Source of the DNA: Candidatus Poribacteria bacterium
Lineage (GTDB): Bacteria > Poribacteria > WGA-4E > GCA-2687025
Assembly: GCA_963665845.2 (NCBI GenBank)
Contig: OY762492.1
Location: 3,584,001-3,648,000 of the forward strand
DNA length: 64,000 bases
Reading direction: 5' to 3'
Part shown: in pieces, positions 1-10,016 of the stretch
Position numbering within the stretch: position 1 is the first letter of the stretch
How the letters are laid out: every line of letters begins with the position of its first letter
Notes under the pieces: model-generated
Databases searched by the model: none
The model's input: only the letters and a program-made list of their open reading frames with translations
Told to the model about the DNA's origin: nothing
Position numbers and translations under genes: made by a program

Positions 1-969
1 GGTGGAATACGCGAGAACGCCTTTGAAATCGAACGAGGCGACCGCCATCGTCGCGGCAAAAAGCGCCGTTGCGATGCCGACCCAAGCGACGATCCCGCCC
101 GCGCCGGACAGGTCGAACAGGACATGGGAACGCGCGACCATATAGACGCCCGCGGTGACCATCGTCGCGGCATGGATGAGCGCGCTGACAGGCGTTGGAC
201 CTTGCATGGCGTCCGGAAGCCAGACATAAAGCGGAATCTGCGCCGACTTGCCGACCGCGCCCAGAAACATGGCGACGCATGCCCACCAGAGCGGCGTTTG
301 CCCCAAGAAGAGCGGGGCGTCCGGCGCGCCCTCGGCGGCGTTGAAAACCGTATCAAAATTGAGCGAGCCGAAGGCCGCAATTAAAATGAACATTCCGATC
401 AGAAAGCCGAAGTCTCCTATGCGGTTCACGATGAACGCTTTTTTCGCCGCTTCAGCCGGCCAGGTGGAGTCGCCCTCTTTGCGCTCGCGGTCGTACCAGA
501 AACCGATGAGCAGATAGGAGCATAACCCGACCCCCTCCCAGCCCACAAACATGAGCAGAAAGCTGTTGCCCATGACCAAAATGAGCATGGAGAAGACAAA
601 CAGGTTCAGATAGGCGAAGAAACGGGAGAAGCCGCGCTCATCCTCATGGTTCATATATCCGGCGGCGTAGATGTGAATCAGCAGGCTAACGCCCGTCACA
701 ATCAGCGCCATGATCATGGAGAGAGAGTCGAACTTGAAGGCGGCTTCGACGGTCAATTCGCCGGCGGAGATCCATGTCCAGACAGCTTGATCGGGTACCT
801 GTCCGCCGTTCACTGCTGGAATCATCGCGAGCGCGCCGATGAATGCCGCCGCGATGGCGCCGACTCCGATCAGCGCGGAGACGCTTTTTTTGAACTTCGC
901 CCCGGCGATTCCGTTCAGCAGCGCGCCGAGAAGCAGCGGAAGAAACAGAAGTGAAATCGTTAGGTTCAT
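1..969 (-). CDS. nuoL: NADH-quinone oxidoreductase subunit L (3' part outside window)
   Basis: Manual translation from ATG at 969: MNLTISLLFLP...LIHIYAAGYM...RFFAYLNLF...WEGVGLCSYLLIGFW...WLPDAMQGPTPVSALIHAATMV; follows nuoK. Confidence 0.95.
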   Translation of the reverse strand, partial: MNLTISLLFLPLLLGALLNGIAGAKFKKSVSALIGVGAIAAAFIGALAMIPAVNGGQVPDQAVWTWISAGELTVEAAFKFDSLSMIMALIVTGVSLLIHIYAAGYMNHEDERGFSRFFAYLNLFVFSMLILVMGNSFLLMFVGWEGVGLCSYLLIGFWYDRERKEGDSTWPAEAAKKAFIVNRIGDFGFLIGMFILIAAFGSLNFDTVFNAAEGAPDAPLFLGQTPLWWACVAMFLGAVGKSAQIPLYVWLPDAMQGPTPVSALIHAATMVTAGVYMVARSHVLFDLSGAGGIVAWVGIATALFAATMAVASFDFKGVLAYST

Positions 970-979
970 CGCGCTCTTT

Positions 980-1291
980 CTACCGCCGCAGCAGTTTCAG
1001 CTCATCCACATTGACGCTGGAGCGCGTCCGAAAGACGGTCACAATGATGGCGAGACCGACGGCGACCTCCGCCGCGGCGACCGCCATGACAAAAAAGACG
1101 ACCGCCTGTCCGTTCAAAACCCCCAGATGACGCGAGAAGGTCACAAACGCGAGATTGGCGGCGTTCAGCATCAGCTCAATGCACATGAAGATCACAATGG
1201 CGTTTCGGCGTATCAAAACGCCGGCGACGCCGACCGTAAACAGGACGGCGCTGAGCGTCAAACAGAGCCGATAGGTCAATTCAGGCGTCAT
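980..1291 (-). CDS. nuoK: NADH-quinone oxidoreductase subunit K
   Basis: [20 protein letters not shown] and [10 protein letters not shown] motifs. Confidence 0.95.
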   Translation of the reverse strand: MTPELTYRLCLTLSAVLFTVGVAGVLIRRNAIVIFMCIELMLNAANLAFVTFSRHLGVLNGQAVVFFVMAVAAAEVAVGLAIIVTVFRTRSSVNVDELKLLRR

Positions 1292-1826
1292 TCGATTCCT
1301 CCGTATTGTCGGACGGCGGGCGGCCGTGGAAGCGTATCAGCACAACGACCCCAATCAGCGCCGCCAGCAGAATGAGCGAGACCGCTTCAAACGGCACAAG
1401 GTGGTTTTGAAACAGCAGGCGGGCGAGGCTTTCGGTATGCCCTTCGTCTTTGAAAGTGTCCGCGGTTTGCGCGAGCAGCTCTGGCTTGAGAACCGTCCAC
1501 ATCGTGCCGGCGGCGACGCCGATAAACAGCGCGCCGAGCAATGCCCCGACAGCGGCGCGAAGTCCGAGGCTCTCTTTCAGCGGTTTCTGACTGCGCAGAT
1601 TCAGCAGCATGATGACGAACAGGAACAGAACGACGATGGCGCCCGCATACACCAGCGCCTGCGCAACAGCGACAAAATAGGCGCCCAGCATAACATAGAT
1701 CGCCGAGAGCGCAAACATCGTCAGGACGAGGCTCAAGGCGGAATAGACAGGGTTTCGGTGAAGAATCACCATGACGGCGCCGACAGCGGCCGTCAACATA
1801 AACGCAGCCATGATCCAAGCCGACAT
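1281..1826 (-). CDS. nuoJ: NADH-quinone oxidoreductase subunit J
   Basis: [30 protein letters not shown]; start ATG at 1826 overlaps the nuoH stop (TAATG). Confidence 0.93.
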   Translation of the reverse strand: MSAWIMAAFMLTAAVGAVMVILHRNPVYSALSLVLTMFALSAIYVMLGAYFVAVAQALVYAGAIVVLFLFVIMLLNLRSQKPLKESLGLRAAVGALLGALFIGVAAGTMWTVLKPELLAQTADTFKDEGHTESLARLLFQNHLVPFEAVSLILLAALIGVVVLIRFHGRPPSDNTEESNDA

Positions 1827-2983
1827 TATGCTTGCGTCCTTTGCTGCGCGTCCGCCCGCGCGTTCAAAACGGAGGTCAACACAACCGCCCCTATCAGCGC
1901 CAGCTGTCCAGCCGCCATGACGGGCCACAGCGGCGCGTCCCACATCTCATGGACGGCGACCGCGCCCGCCGTCACAATCACATTTCCGAGAGCCAACGGC
2001 AGCGCCATCTTCCATCCAAGCCGCATCAACTGGTCAAAACGAAAGCGCGGGAACGTCCATCGAACCCACAAAAACACAAACAGAAACAGCAACACTTTGC
2101 CGAGAAAAATCAGGAATGTCAAATACCAAGGCAGCATCTCTTCAAGCCCAAACAGCGTCCATCCCCCCAAGAAAAGCGACACGTTCAGCGCCGAACTCAT
2201 CGCCATGTTGCCGTATTCGGCGAGAAAGAAGGTGGCGAAGGTCATGCCGCTGTATTCGGTATGGTAGCCGCCGACCAGCTCCTGTTCGCACTCGGCGAGG
2301 TCGAACGGGGCGCGGTTCGTCTCGGCGAGCGCCGTCACCGAAAAGAGAAACCAAGCGACCGGCTGATAGAAAATGAACCAGCCGAAGCCCGCCTGCTGCT
2401 CCACGATCTTGTCGACCTGCAGCGTTCCCGCCATCAGCAAAACCGCGAGAATGGCGAGGCCGAGGGAGAGTTCGTAGCTGATCACCTGCGCGGAGGCGCG
2501 CAATCCGCCAAGAAGCGTATATTTATTGTTGGACGCCCAGCCGGCAAGTATGACGCCGTACACGCCCAGCGAAACGATGGCGAGAAAGTAGAGCACGCCG
2601 ACATCGATCCTCGCCAGCTGAAACGGGATGCCGTCCGGCGACCAGTTTTCCGCCGACAGCAGCTTGCCGATAAAGCTGTCCGCCGGTATCGGTTTTGACC
2701 ATGGGATGATCGCGCCGCTCATCAGCGCGGGAACAAGCAGCAGCGCGGGAGCCGCAAAGTACAGCTTGCGGTCGACGCTTTTCGGCGCCAGAACCTCCTT
2801 CGCCAGAAACTTGATGCCGTCCGCGAGCGGTTGAAGCAAGCCGCCTGGACCGACGCGGTTCGGTCCGTGACGGTCTTGAATCCATCCGCTCACCTTGCGT
2901 TCGCCGAGGACGAGCATCGGCACAATTGCGAGAATGAACGCGACGATGAACACCGCCTTCGCCGCTGTCGCCGCCAGTTCCAT
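1826..2983 (-). CDS. nuoH: NADH-quinone oxidoreductase subunit H
   Basis: ERKVSGWIQDRHGPNRVG, QPLADGIK, AETNRAPFDLAECEQELVGGYHTEYSG. Confidence 0.97.
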   Translation of the reverse strand: MELAATAAKAVFIVAFILAIVPMLVLGERKVSGWIQDRHGPNRVGPGGLLQPLADGIKFLAKEVLAPKSVDRKLYFAAPALLLVPALMSGAIIPWSKPIPADSFIGKLLSAENWSPDGIPFQLARIDVGVLYFLAIVSLGVYGVILAGWASNNKYTLLGGLRASAQVISYELSLGLAILAVLLMAGTLQVDKIVEQQAGFGWFIFYQPVAWFLFSVTALAETNRAPFDLAECEQELVGGYHTEYSGMTFATFFLAEYGNMAMSSALNVSLFLGGWTLFGLEEMLPWYLTFLIFLGKVLLFLFVFLWVRWTFPRFRFDQLMRLGWKMALPLALGNVIVTAGAVAVHEMWDAPLWPVMAAGQLALIGAVVLTSVLNARADAQQRTQA

Positions 2984-3022
2984 GAGCGCGTAATCTTCTA
3001 TCGTTTGTTCCTTTCCGCCCGT

Positions 3023-4660
3023 TTACCGCCAGAAGCGGGAGGCGTACGCCCAGTTGTCGGGCGCGGTTTCTTCCGCTTCGCCGTCCGTTTTTTCTTCAAG
3101 GCAGAAGCCGCGCCAGTCGATCGCCTCGTCCGCGGCGCCGTTGAACGCGGCGGCAGTTGACGCGAGGTCGTCTGTAATCTGGGCAGCCGATTCATACTCG
3201 ATATTGGCGCCCAGCGCGTTCGCCAGATGCGCCGCAAATTGCCATTCCGCCAGCGCGTTTCCGAGGTTCGGCAGCGCCTTAGAAAGCCGCTGAACCCGTT
3301 TCGCCGAGTTCGTAAAGCAGCCCTCTTTTTCGGTAAAGGCTGTGCCGGGCGCGGCGGCGTCCGCGGCTTCGGTCAACGCGGAGGGCAAAATATCGACCAC
3401 AAGCAGATACTCCAGCGCCGTCAGCCGATCCATCAGCGCATCGTCCAGCGGCGCGTCCGGAATTCCGCCAAAGAACACCGCCGCCTTCGCGCCGTCCAGC
3501 GCCTCCGCCGCCGTTTTCAAGCCGTCTTCAAAGATCAGTTCAGCTCCCGCGCGGTTCGGATTCTTGTCGCGTTCGATGACAAACTTGGGAAAGACCTCGT
3601 CTTCCTCTTCAACCGTACCTTCAAACAGCCCGATCCGCTCCGTCCCGACGCCCTCCTCGGCGAGGCGCTTGACCGCATACAGCTCCTCGTTCGTCATCCA
3701 CGCGGAGGCGATCACGGCAGTATTATCTCCGCCGAGCGCCTGTATCTTCTCCGCCGCCGCGTCGATCAGCTCGCGCCAGCCGGCGGGAACCAGCTCGCCG
3801 TTCTTGCGCAGCGCCGGAAGCCGCAGCCGGTCGGGGCTGTTCACATATTCGTAGCCGAACCGCCCGTCGTCGCACATCCAAAAATCGTTCACGTCGGCGT
3901 GGTAACGAGGGCGCAGGCGGGCGACCTCCCCTTCGCGCGACTCCACATGGATATTGCAGCCCTTGGAGCAGCGGTTGCAGACGCTCGGCTTCTTGTCTAA
4001 AAACCAGGGACGGGAGCGGTAAAGAAAATCTTTGCTGACCAGCGCGCCGACGGGGCAGATGTCCACCACATTGCCCGACAGCTTGTTGTCCAGCGGCTTT
4101 TCGGGCGCCACATCGATCTCGTCATGAACGCCGCGATGCATCAAGCCGATCTCGGCGCCGCCGGAGATCTCCTCCGTAAAGCGAACGCAGCGGGTGCAGA
4201 CGATGCAGCGCGTCGAGAACAGATCCACCGTCGGACCGAGCGATTTCCGCGGCGGGACGTTCTTGATCTCCTGATAGACGCTGCGGTCATGTCCGAATTC
4301 GTACACATAATCTTGTAAAAAGCATTCGCCCGCTTCGTCGCATGTCGGGCAATCGAGCGGATGGTGCGCCAGGAGAAACTGCAGCGTCGTCGCCCTCGCC
4401 TGTTTGACGCGCGGCGCCTCGTTGGAGATTTCCATGCCGTCGCCGACGCGCGTTGTGCATGCGGTTGTCAGCTGACGTATTGGCCCGGGGGCGCCGGGCG
4501 GCGTCAGCTCAATGAGGCACATGCGGCAGTTGGCGGGCGCGCCCAGCGACGGATGGTAGCAGTAGTGCGGTATCGTCACGCCGACCTCCGCCGCCGCCTG
4601 CACGACGCTGATTCCGTCGCTCACCTCATACTCTTGCCCGTCCATGATGATCTTAGCCAC
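3023..4660 (-). CDS. nuoG: NADH-quinone oxidoreductase subunit G, short form (545 aa)
   Basis: CYHP...CRMC, HPLDCPTCDEAGECFLQ, RCIVCTRCVRF, CPVGAL, CNRCSKGC...C Fe-S motifs. Confidence 0.93.
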   Translation of the reverse strand: MAKIIMDGQEYEVSDGISVVQAAAEVGVTIPHYCYHPSLGAPANCRMCLIELTPPGAPGPIRQLTTACTTRVGDGMEISNEAPRVKQARATTLQFLLAHHPLDCPTCDEAGECFLQDYVYEFGHDRSVYQEIKNVPPRKSLGPTVDLFSTRCIVCTRCVRFTEEISGGAEIGLMHRGVHDEIDVAPEKPLDNKLSGNVVDICPVGALVSKDFLYRSRPWFLDKKPSVCNRCSKGCNIHVESREGEVARLRPRYHADVNDFWMCDDGRFGYEYVNSPDRLRLPALRKNGELVPAGWRELIDAAAEKIQALGGDNTAVIASAWMTNEELYAVKRLAEEGVGTERIGLFEGTVEEEDEVFPKFVIERDKNPNRAGAELIFEDGLKTAAEALDGAKAAVFFGGIPDAPLDDALMDRLTALEYLLVVDILPSALTEAADAAAPGTAFTEKEGCFTNSAKRVQRLSKALPNLGNALAEWQFAAHLANALGANIEYESAAQITDDLASTAAAFNGAADEAIDWRGFCLEEKTDGEAEETAPDNWAYASRFWR

Positions 4661-4690
4661 GCGGACATCCTCGCTTCAGGTTCAGGTCGA

Positions 4691-6097
4691 TTAATAGTCC
4701 CATGTCGGTTTCCGCTCCAGTTCAGGCAGCTCCTGCGGCCATGCGTAATTCTCTTCAGGGGGGGCGACCGCCTCGCTCACCGGGAGTATGACACATTTGC
4801 CCTGCTCAATATGCGCCTCAAATTCTGGGCGGAACTTGCGCGCAAAACTGACCGCCGGCCACGACACCGCAATGCCGAAAACGCAGATCGTGTTCCATGT
4901 AAACGTGTCGATGTTGGCGACATTGTTCGCCACTTCGATGAGATGGTCGACATCGCCCGGACGCCCCTTGCCCGCCTCAATGCGCGCGACGATGTCGCGC
5001 GTCCAGGGCGTCCCGACGCGGCATGGCGTGCATTGTCCGCACGACTCATGCGCGTAAAAATCCATCAGGTTCTCCAGCGCGCGGACCGTGCAGGTTGTCT
5101 CGTCCATGACGATAATGCCGCCGGAGCCGAGCATCGTTTTCGCCATCTGCAGGCAGGTGAAATCGACCGGGACATCCAGCTCATACGGCGTCAAGACGGG
5201 GGCGGAACTTCCGCCGGGGATGACCGCCTTCACCTCGTTTCCGCCGCGGACTCCCCCCGCCAGCTCCACCAGTTCGCGCACCGTCAGACCCATTTCCACC
5301 TCGTACACGCCCGGCTTCTCCACATGCCCGCTGACGCAGTACAGCTTCGTCCCTGTGTTCATCGGGTCGACTCCGCGCGGCGTGTCCTTATAGACGGCGC
5401 CGAGCGACTGGTACCATTCCGTTCCGTTGCTGATGATGTACGGCAGATTGGACAGCGTCTCCACATTATGCACCATCGTCGGCTGCATGAAGACGCCGAT
5501 GGCGGCGGGGAAGAACGGCGGCTTGACGCGCGGCTGCCCGCGTTTGCCCTCCAGCGATTCGATCAATCCCGTCTCTTCGCCGCAGATATACGCCCCTGCG
5601 CCCGCATGCGTGTAGATGTCCAGCGCGAAATCATGCCCCGCCACCGACTCGCCTAGAATGCCCGCCGCATACGCCTCCTGAATCGCCGCATCCAGGCGCT
5701 TCTTGCCGAGCGTGAATTCGCCCCTTATATAAACGTATGCCTTGTGAATGCCGAGCGACCATGCCGCGATGATCATTCCTTCGATGAGCATATGCGGCTT
5801 GTGCTGCAGGATATACCGGTTGCTGAACGTCCCAGGCTCCGATTCGTCCGCGTTCGCAATCAGATATTTCGGTTCGCCTTTACCCATCAGGTTCCACTTG
5901 AAGCCGGCGGAGACGCCCGCGCCGCCTCTGCCGCGCAGACCTGAATCGCGCACCTCGTTCAGCAGCTGCTCGGCGTCCATGTCGAACAGCTTTTCAAGGG
6001 ACGCATAGCCGCCATGTTGGCGGTACACATCCAGCGTGTGCATGTCGGGGGTGTCAATGTTTTCGTACAGTATGCGTCGTTCTTTAGGTTTGCCCAT
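4691..6097 (-). CDS. nuoF: NADH-quinone oxidoreductase subunit F
   Basis: GLRGRGGAG, NADESEPG, GAYICGEET, ESCGQCTPCR. Confidence 0.97.
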   Translation of the reverse strand: MGKPKERRILYENIDTPDMHTLDVYRQHGGYASLEKLFDMDAEQLLNEVRDSGLRGRGGAGVSAGFKWNLMGKGEPKYLIANADESEPGTFSNRYILQHKPHMLIEGMIIAAWSLGIHKAYVYIRGEFTLGKKRLDAAIQEAYAAGILGESVAGHDFALDIYTHAGAGAYICGEETGLIESLEGKRGQPRVKPPFFPAAIGVFMQPTMVHNVETLSNLPYIISNGTEWYQSLGAVYKDTPRGVDPMNTGTKLYCVSGHVEKPGVYEVEMGLTVRELVELAGGVRGGNEVKAVIPGGSSAPVLTPYELDVPVDFTCLQMAKTMLGSGGIIVMDETTCTVRALENLMDFYAHESCGQCTPCRVGTPWTRDIVARIEAGKGRPGDVDHLIEVANNVANIDTFTWNTICVFGIAVSWPAVSFARKFRPEFEAHIEQGKCVILPVSEAVAPPEENYAWPQELPELERKPTWDY

Positions 6098-6099
6098 GT

Positions 6100-6582
6100 T
6101 TATTCCAGCGCGTCCATCAGCTCGTCCACACGTTCAGGGGTTAGGCGTCCATGCAGGTCGTCGTTGATCATGATCACCGGGGCTTGGTCGCATGCCGCGA
6201 GGCATTCCGAACTCAACAGCGTAATGTTGCCGTCTTCGGTCGTTTCGTCGAAGTCCACCTCCAGCCGCTCCTTCAGATGCTCAATGATTTCCCCGCATCC
6301 GCACAGGTCGCACGGAAGCGTTTTGCAGACCCGCACAATATGCTTGCCGACCGGCGCATCAAAGAACATCGGGTAGAAGGTGACGACATCCAAAACCTGC
6401 GCCTCGGAGACGCCGAGCAGCCCCGCCACATAGGTTTGAACCGCCTGCGAAATGTACCCGTTCTGCTCTTGCGCCAGGTGCAGCGTCGGAAGCATGGCGG
6501 CGCGCGCATGCTCCTCCGGATAATGCGTCAACAGCTCATGAAACTGCGCAAGCCGCTCCGGCGTGAATTCAAAAGGCTCCAT
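6100..6582 (-). CDS. nuoE: NADH-quinone oxidoreductase subunit E
   Basis: CKTLPC...CLAACDQAP 2Fe-2S motif, TFYPMF. Confidence 0.95.
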   Translation of the reverse strand: MEPFEFTPERLAQFHELLTHYPEEHARAAMLPTLHLAQEQNGYISQAVQTYVAGLLGVSEAQVLDVVTFYPMFFDAPVGKHIVRVCKTLPCDLCGCGEIIEHLKERLEVDFDETTEDGNITLLSSECLAACDQAPVIMINDDLHGRLTPERVDELMDALE

Positions 6583-6584
6583 AA

Positions 6585-8381
6585 TTACCGATCTAGCTCT
6601 CCGGCGATCACATTCAAACTGCCCAGCGCCGTCACCACGTCAGACATCATATGCCCTTCCAGCAGGCGAGGCAAACTCTGATAATTGTAAAATGAGGGCG
6701 GACGGACGCGAACGCGGTAAGGCGTCCCGCTCCCGTCGCTCACAATGTAAAAACCCAGCTCCCCGTTCGGCGACTCGGTCGCGCAGTACGCCTCGCCCGC
6801 CGGAACCGGAACGCCATGCCCGTCCATGTTCACCTTGAAATGATGAATCAGCCCCTCGATGGAGCCGTACGGCTGGGTCGGGTCGTACGGATGCGTATGG
6901 TCGGGCGTTTTATACACATGCGACTTGTCCGCAAAACGCAGCTTATGGTCTTCGACGTTGACCGGCCCGTCCGGCATGTTGTCCAGCGCCTGTTCGATGA
7001 TGCCGCAGCTCTGGCGCAGCTCCTCTAGGCGGACAAGGTAGCGGTCGTAGGTGTCGCCGCTGGCGCCGACCGGGACCTCAAACTCAAACTCCTCATAGGA
7101 AGAGTACGGCTCCGTCTTGCGCAGATCGCGCCGAACGCCGCTGCCGCGCAGACATGGACCGGTCAAGCCGTAGCCGACCGCCTCCTCGGCGGAGATGACG
7201 CCGACCCCCTGCGTCCGGTCGATCCAGATGCGGTTGCGCGAGAGCAGTTTTTCAATTTCGGGCAGCGCCTCGTCAATGAACTCTTTGACGAAGGCGCGCA
7301 TCATCGGCTCAAACGAATCGGGCGTGTCATGAAAAAGCCCGCCGACGCGCGTATAGCTGACCGTCAAGCGCGCGCCTGCGCATGCTTCAAGAATCTCATA
7401 CGCCTTTTCGCGCTGCTGAAAGGCGTAAAGAAACGCCGTGAACGCGCCGATGTCCAACGCATGCGTCCCAAGCCAGACCATGTAGTCGGCGACGCGCGCC
7501 AGCTCCGCCATCGCGACGCGGATATACTGCGCCCGCTTCGGAACCTCAACCCCCATCAGCTTCTCCACCGCCAGCACATAGCCGAAGTTGTTGGAAAGCG
7601 GCGACAGGTAGTTCATCCGATCCGTCACGACGATCCACTGGTTCCAGTGCATCGCTTCCGCCAGCTTTTCAAAGCCTGTATGGAGGTATCCAAGGTGGGG
7701 CGTTGTGCGGACGATCCGCTCTCCGTCCAACTCCACCTCTAGATGCAGGGTGCCGTGCGTCGCGGGGTGCTGCGGTCCGATGTTCAACGTCATCGTTTCC
7801 GATTCGATGGCTCCCCCGCCGCCGACGGTCGCGTCTTCCTTGCCGACCAGGTTGGAGGCGGAGGTTTCAAAGTTGAAAGCGGCGCGTTCGCCCAGCCCCT
7901 TCGTCGGATAATCTTTGCGCAGCGGATGCGATGTGAAATTGTCCGGCATGAGTATGCGGCGCAGGTCGGGGTGATTCTCAAACGTTATGCCGAACATGTC
8001 GTACGCCTCGCGTTCCGCCCATGCCGCCGCCGCCCAGATGTCGGAGACGGTCGGGGCGGTCGGGTTCTCGTCCGTTACAGGCGTTTTGACGCGCACGCGC
8101 TCTTCGTTTTTGGGGGAGTAGAGATGGTACACCACCGCGTAGCGCGCGCCGTCCAATCCAGGCTCGGCGCGGTTCAGCTGGGACAGGTCGACCGCCGTCA
8201 GGTCGCTCATATGCTCATAGGCGAGATCGCTGTCCGACGCCAGAAGTTGCAGCGCCGCATGGATCGAATCCAGCGCGACAACAGCGCTCCATTCGCCCAG
8301 CGCTTCGCCTGTATGCAGGACAGCGCCGCCGAAGGCGTCTTCCAGCTTTTCGATGGTTGGAGGTTTGCCGTTTGCGCTCAT
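6585..8381 (-). CDS. nuoCD: Fused NADH-quinone oxidoreductase subunit C/D
   Basis: EREAYDMFGI..F..HPDLRRIL...HPLRKDYP (C) then GPQHPATHG, GYLHTGFEK, GELDR (D); probable ATG at 8381. Confidence 0.95.
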   Translation of the reverse strand: MSANGKPPTIEKLEDAFGGAVLHTGEALGEWSAVVALDSIHAALQLLASDSDLAYEHMSDLTAVDLSQLNRAEPGLDGARYAVVYHLYSPKNEERVRVKTPVTDENPTAPTVSDIWAAAAWAEREAYDMFGITFENHPDLRRILMPDNFTSHPLRKDYPTKGLGERAAFNFETSASNLVGKEDATVGGGGAIESETMTLNIGPQHPATHGTLHLEVELDGERIVRTTPHLGYLHTGFEKLAEAMHWNQWIVVTDRMNYLSPLSNNFGYVLAVEKLMGVEVPKRAQYIRVAMAELARVADYMVWLGTHALDIGAFTAFLYAFQQREKAYEILEACAGARLTVSYTRVGGLFHDTPDSFEPMMRAFVKEFIDEALPEIEKLLSRNRIWIDRTQGVGVISAEEAVGYGLTGPCLRGSGVRRDLRKTEPYSSYEEFEFEVPVGASGDTYDRYLVRLEELRQSCGIIEQALDNMPDGPVNVEDHKLRFADKSHVYKTPDHTHPYDPTQPYGSIEGLIHHFKVNMDGHGVPVPAGEAYCATESPNGELGFYIVSDGSGTPYRVRVRPPSFYNYQSLPRLLEGHMMSDVVTALGSLNVIAGELDR

Positions 8382-8385
8382 CTGT

Positions 8386-8769
8386 TCAGTCCCAATCGAG
8401 TCCACCCTTTCGCCAGACGTAAGCATAGCCGAGAGCGAGTATCGCCGCAAACACGATCATTTCCCAAAGGATGAACGGGCTTTCTTTCACCATGTCGCGG
8501 AAGACGACCGCCCACGGATAGAAGAAGACGATCTCAATATCGAAGATGATGAAGATCATCGCGACGAGATAAAATTTGATGGAGAAGCGCAGGCGCGCGT
8601 CTCCGAGCGGGTTGACGCCCGACTCATAGACGGTGTATTTCGCTTCGCCTTCGCGCGGCTTGATGGCAAACCGCGTGATGAGGCGGGCGATGAGAAGGAT
8701 CGCGCCCGCGAGGAGGACGGCGATCGCAAACAGCAGCAGTATCGGAAAATATGTATCAGCGGCCGGCAC
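8386..8769 (-). CDS. nuoA: NADH-quinone oxidoreductase subunit A
   Basis: YESG, FYLVAMIFIIFDIEIVFFYPWA, WRKGGLDW. Confidence 0.96.
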   Translation of the reverse strand: MPAADTYFPILLLFAIAVLLAGAILLIARLITRFAIKPREGEAKYTVYESGVNPLGDARLRFSIKFYLVAMIFIIFDIEIVFFYPWAVVFRDMVKESPFILWEMIVFAAILALGYAYVWRKGGLDWD

Positions 8770-8803
8770 AGGCGCCTTTCATGTAAATCCAACGACAGAA
8801 GCA

Positions 8804-8831
8804 ATCATAGCGCCTTTTGCAAAAAATGCAA
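8804..8831 (-). promoter_or_regulatory. Putative sigma70 promoter of the nuo operon
   Basis: TTGCAT-16 bp-TATGAT on the minus strand upstream of nuoA. Confidence 0.45.
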
Positions 8832-8889
8832 CGGCGTCAACGCCATACGATTGTTCCAAAGGTTGAGGCGGATGTCAAGCCCGATTTTC

Positions 8890-9006
8890 TGACCTCATGC
8901 GTAAAGTTGGACATCATGACGAAAACCGCGGCGATCTGCGGAAAAGCCGCCGCAGAAACTGTCCGCGTTCGCCCGCCGGCATGTCCCAACTAAAGACGTA
9001 AGGTCA
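8890..9006. mobile_element. MITE-like element, copy 1 (IS3-like ends)
   Basis: Imperfect terminal inverted repeats TGACCTCATGCGTAAAGTTGGACAT ... ATGTCCCAACTAAAGACGTAAGGTCA; homologous to 9015-9180 and 35538-35747. Confidence 0.65.
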
Positions 9007-9014
9007 GAAGGCGC

Positions 9015-9180
9015 TGACCTCATGCTGAAAGTTAGGACATTTGAACTGACGATCGCTCTATTCATGGGAAAAAGGTTTCGCCAACCAGATCGTCATTCCC
9101 GCGTAAGCGGGAATCCAGAGGCGCCGCAGAAACTGTCCGCATCCGCCCGCCGGCATGTCCCAACTAAAGATGTAAGGTCA
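9015..9180. mobile_element. MITE-like element, copy 2, with an internal REP-like palindrome
   Basis: TGACCTCATGCTGAAAGTTAGGACA ... TGTCCCAACTAAAGATGTAAGGTCA; contains GTCATTCCCGCGTAAGCGGGAATC. Confidence 0.65.
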
Positions 9181-9190
9181 GAAGGCGGGG

Positions 9191-9219
9191 TTGAACACGC
9201 GGGCGAAGGCTGGTATGCT
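9191..9219 (+). promoter_or_regulatory. Putative sigma70 promoter of the pduL cluster
   Basis: TTGAAC-17 bp-TATGCT with a TGn extended -10. Confidence 0.55.
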
Positions 9220-9259
9220 ATTCCTGTAAATATCAACATAAGCCTGCGGCCAGTCGGAA

Positions 9260-9988
9260 TTGGTGGATAAATCTCTCGTTGATCTCATCACAGCGCGCGT
9301 CAAAAGCGAGCTGAACGCCCCCGCGGTGAACGCTTCCAGGCTCAACGGCGAGCATGACCGCGTACAGTTCCGCAGTTTTGCGGAAGAGGCGGAAGCATGC
9401 CGCACAACGGCGGGGCTGCGCCTCATCCCTGTCGGCGTGTCGGCGCGCCATGCGCATGTGACGCAGGAGCATCTGGAGATCCTTTACGGATCGGGAAGCA
9501 GGCTCACCTCCTACGCGCCGCTGTATCAGCCGGGCGAATTCGCCGCCAACGAAACGGTCGCGGCGGTCGGTCCGCGCATGCGCGCCATTGAACGGGTGCG
9601 CATCCTTGGACCGACGCGCCGATACACGCAGATAGAGCTGGCCCCGACCGACTGCGTCGCGCTCGGTCTCAACCCGCCGATACGAACCTCCGGCGACCTG
9701 GACGACGCGGAACGGATCACGCTGGTCGGTCCAAAAGGCTCGCTTTATATCAAAGCCGCCATCACGCCGACGCGCCATATACATCTGAACCCGTCCGAGG
9801 CGGGTTACTACGGCGTTCAAAACCAGGATGTGGTACAAGTCCGCGTCGGCGGCGCCAGATCGTTGACGCTCGGCAATGTGCGCATACGCGTACATCCGGA
9901 TGTCATCGCGCAGGCGCATCTGGATACGGACGACGCCAACGCCGCAGGTTTGCGCGGCGGCGAAGGCATTGAGCTGATTATCTGTTGA
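9260..9988 (+). CDS. pduL: Phosphate propanoyltransferase (PduL family)
   Basis: IPVGVSARHAHVT, LYQPGEFAANE, RHIHL, HLDTDDANAAG; N-terminal amphipathic extension. Confidence 0.93.
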   Translation: MVDKSLVDLITARVKSELNAPAVNASRLNGEHDRVQFRSFAEEAEACRTTAGLRLIPVGVSARHAHVTQEHLEILYGSGSRLTSYAPLYQPGEFAANETVAAVGPRMRAIERVRILGPTRRYTQIELAPTDCVALGLNPPIRTSGDLDDAERITLVGPKGSLYIKAAITPTRHIHLNPSEAGYYGVQNQDVVQVRVGGARSLTLGNVRIRVHPDVIAQAHLDTDDANAAGLRGGEGIELIIC

Positions 9989-10016
9989 ACATGGCTAAAC
10001 ATCAAAGCGGGTATAG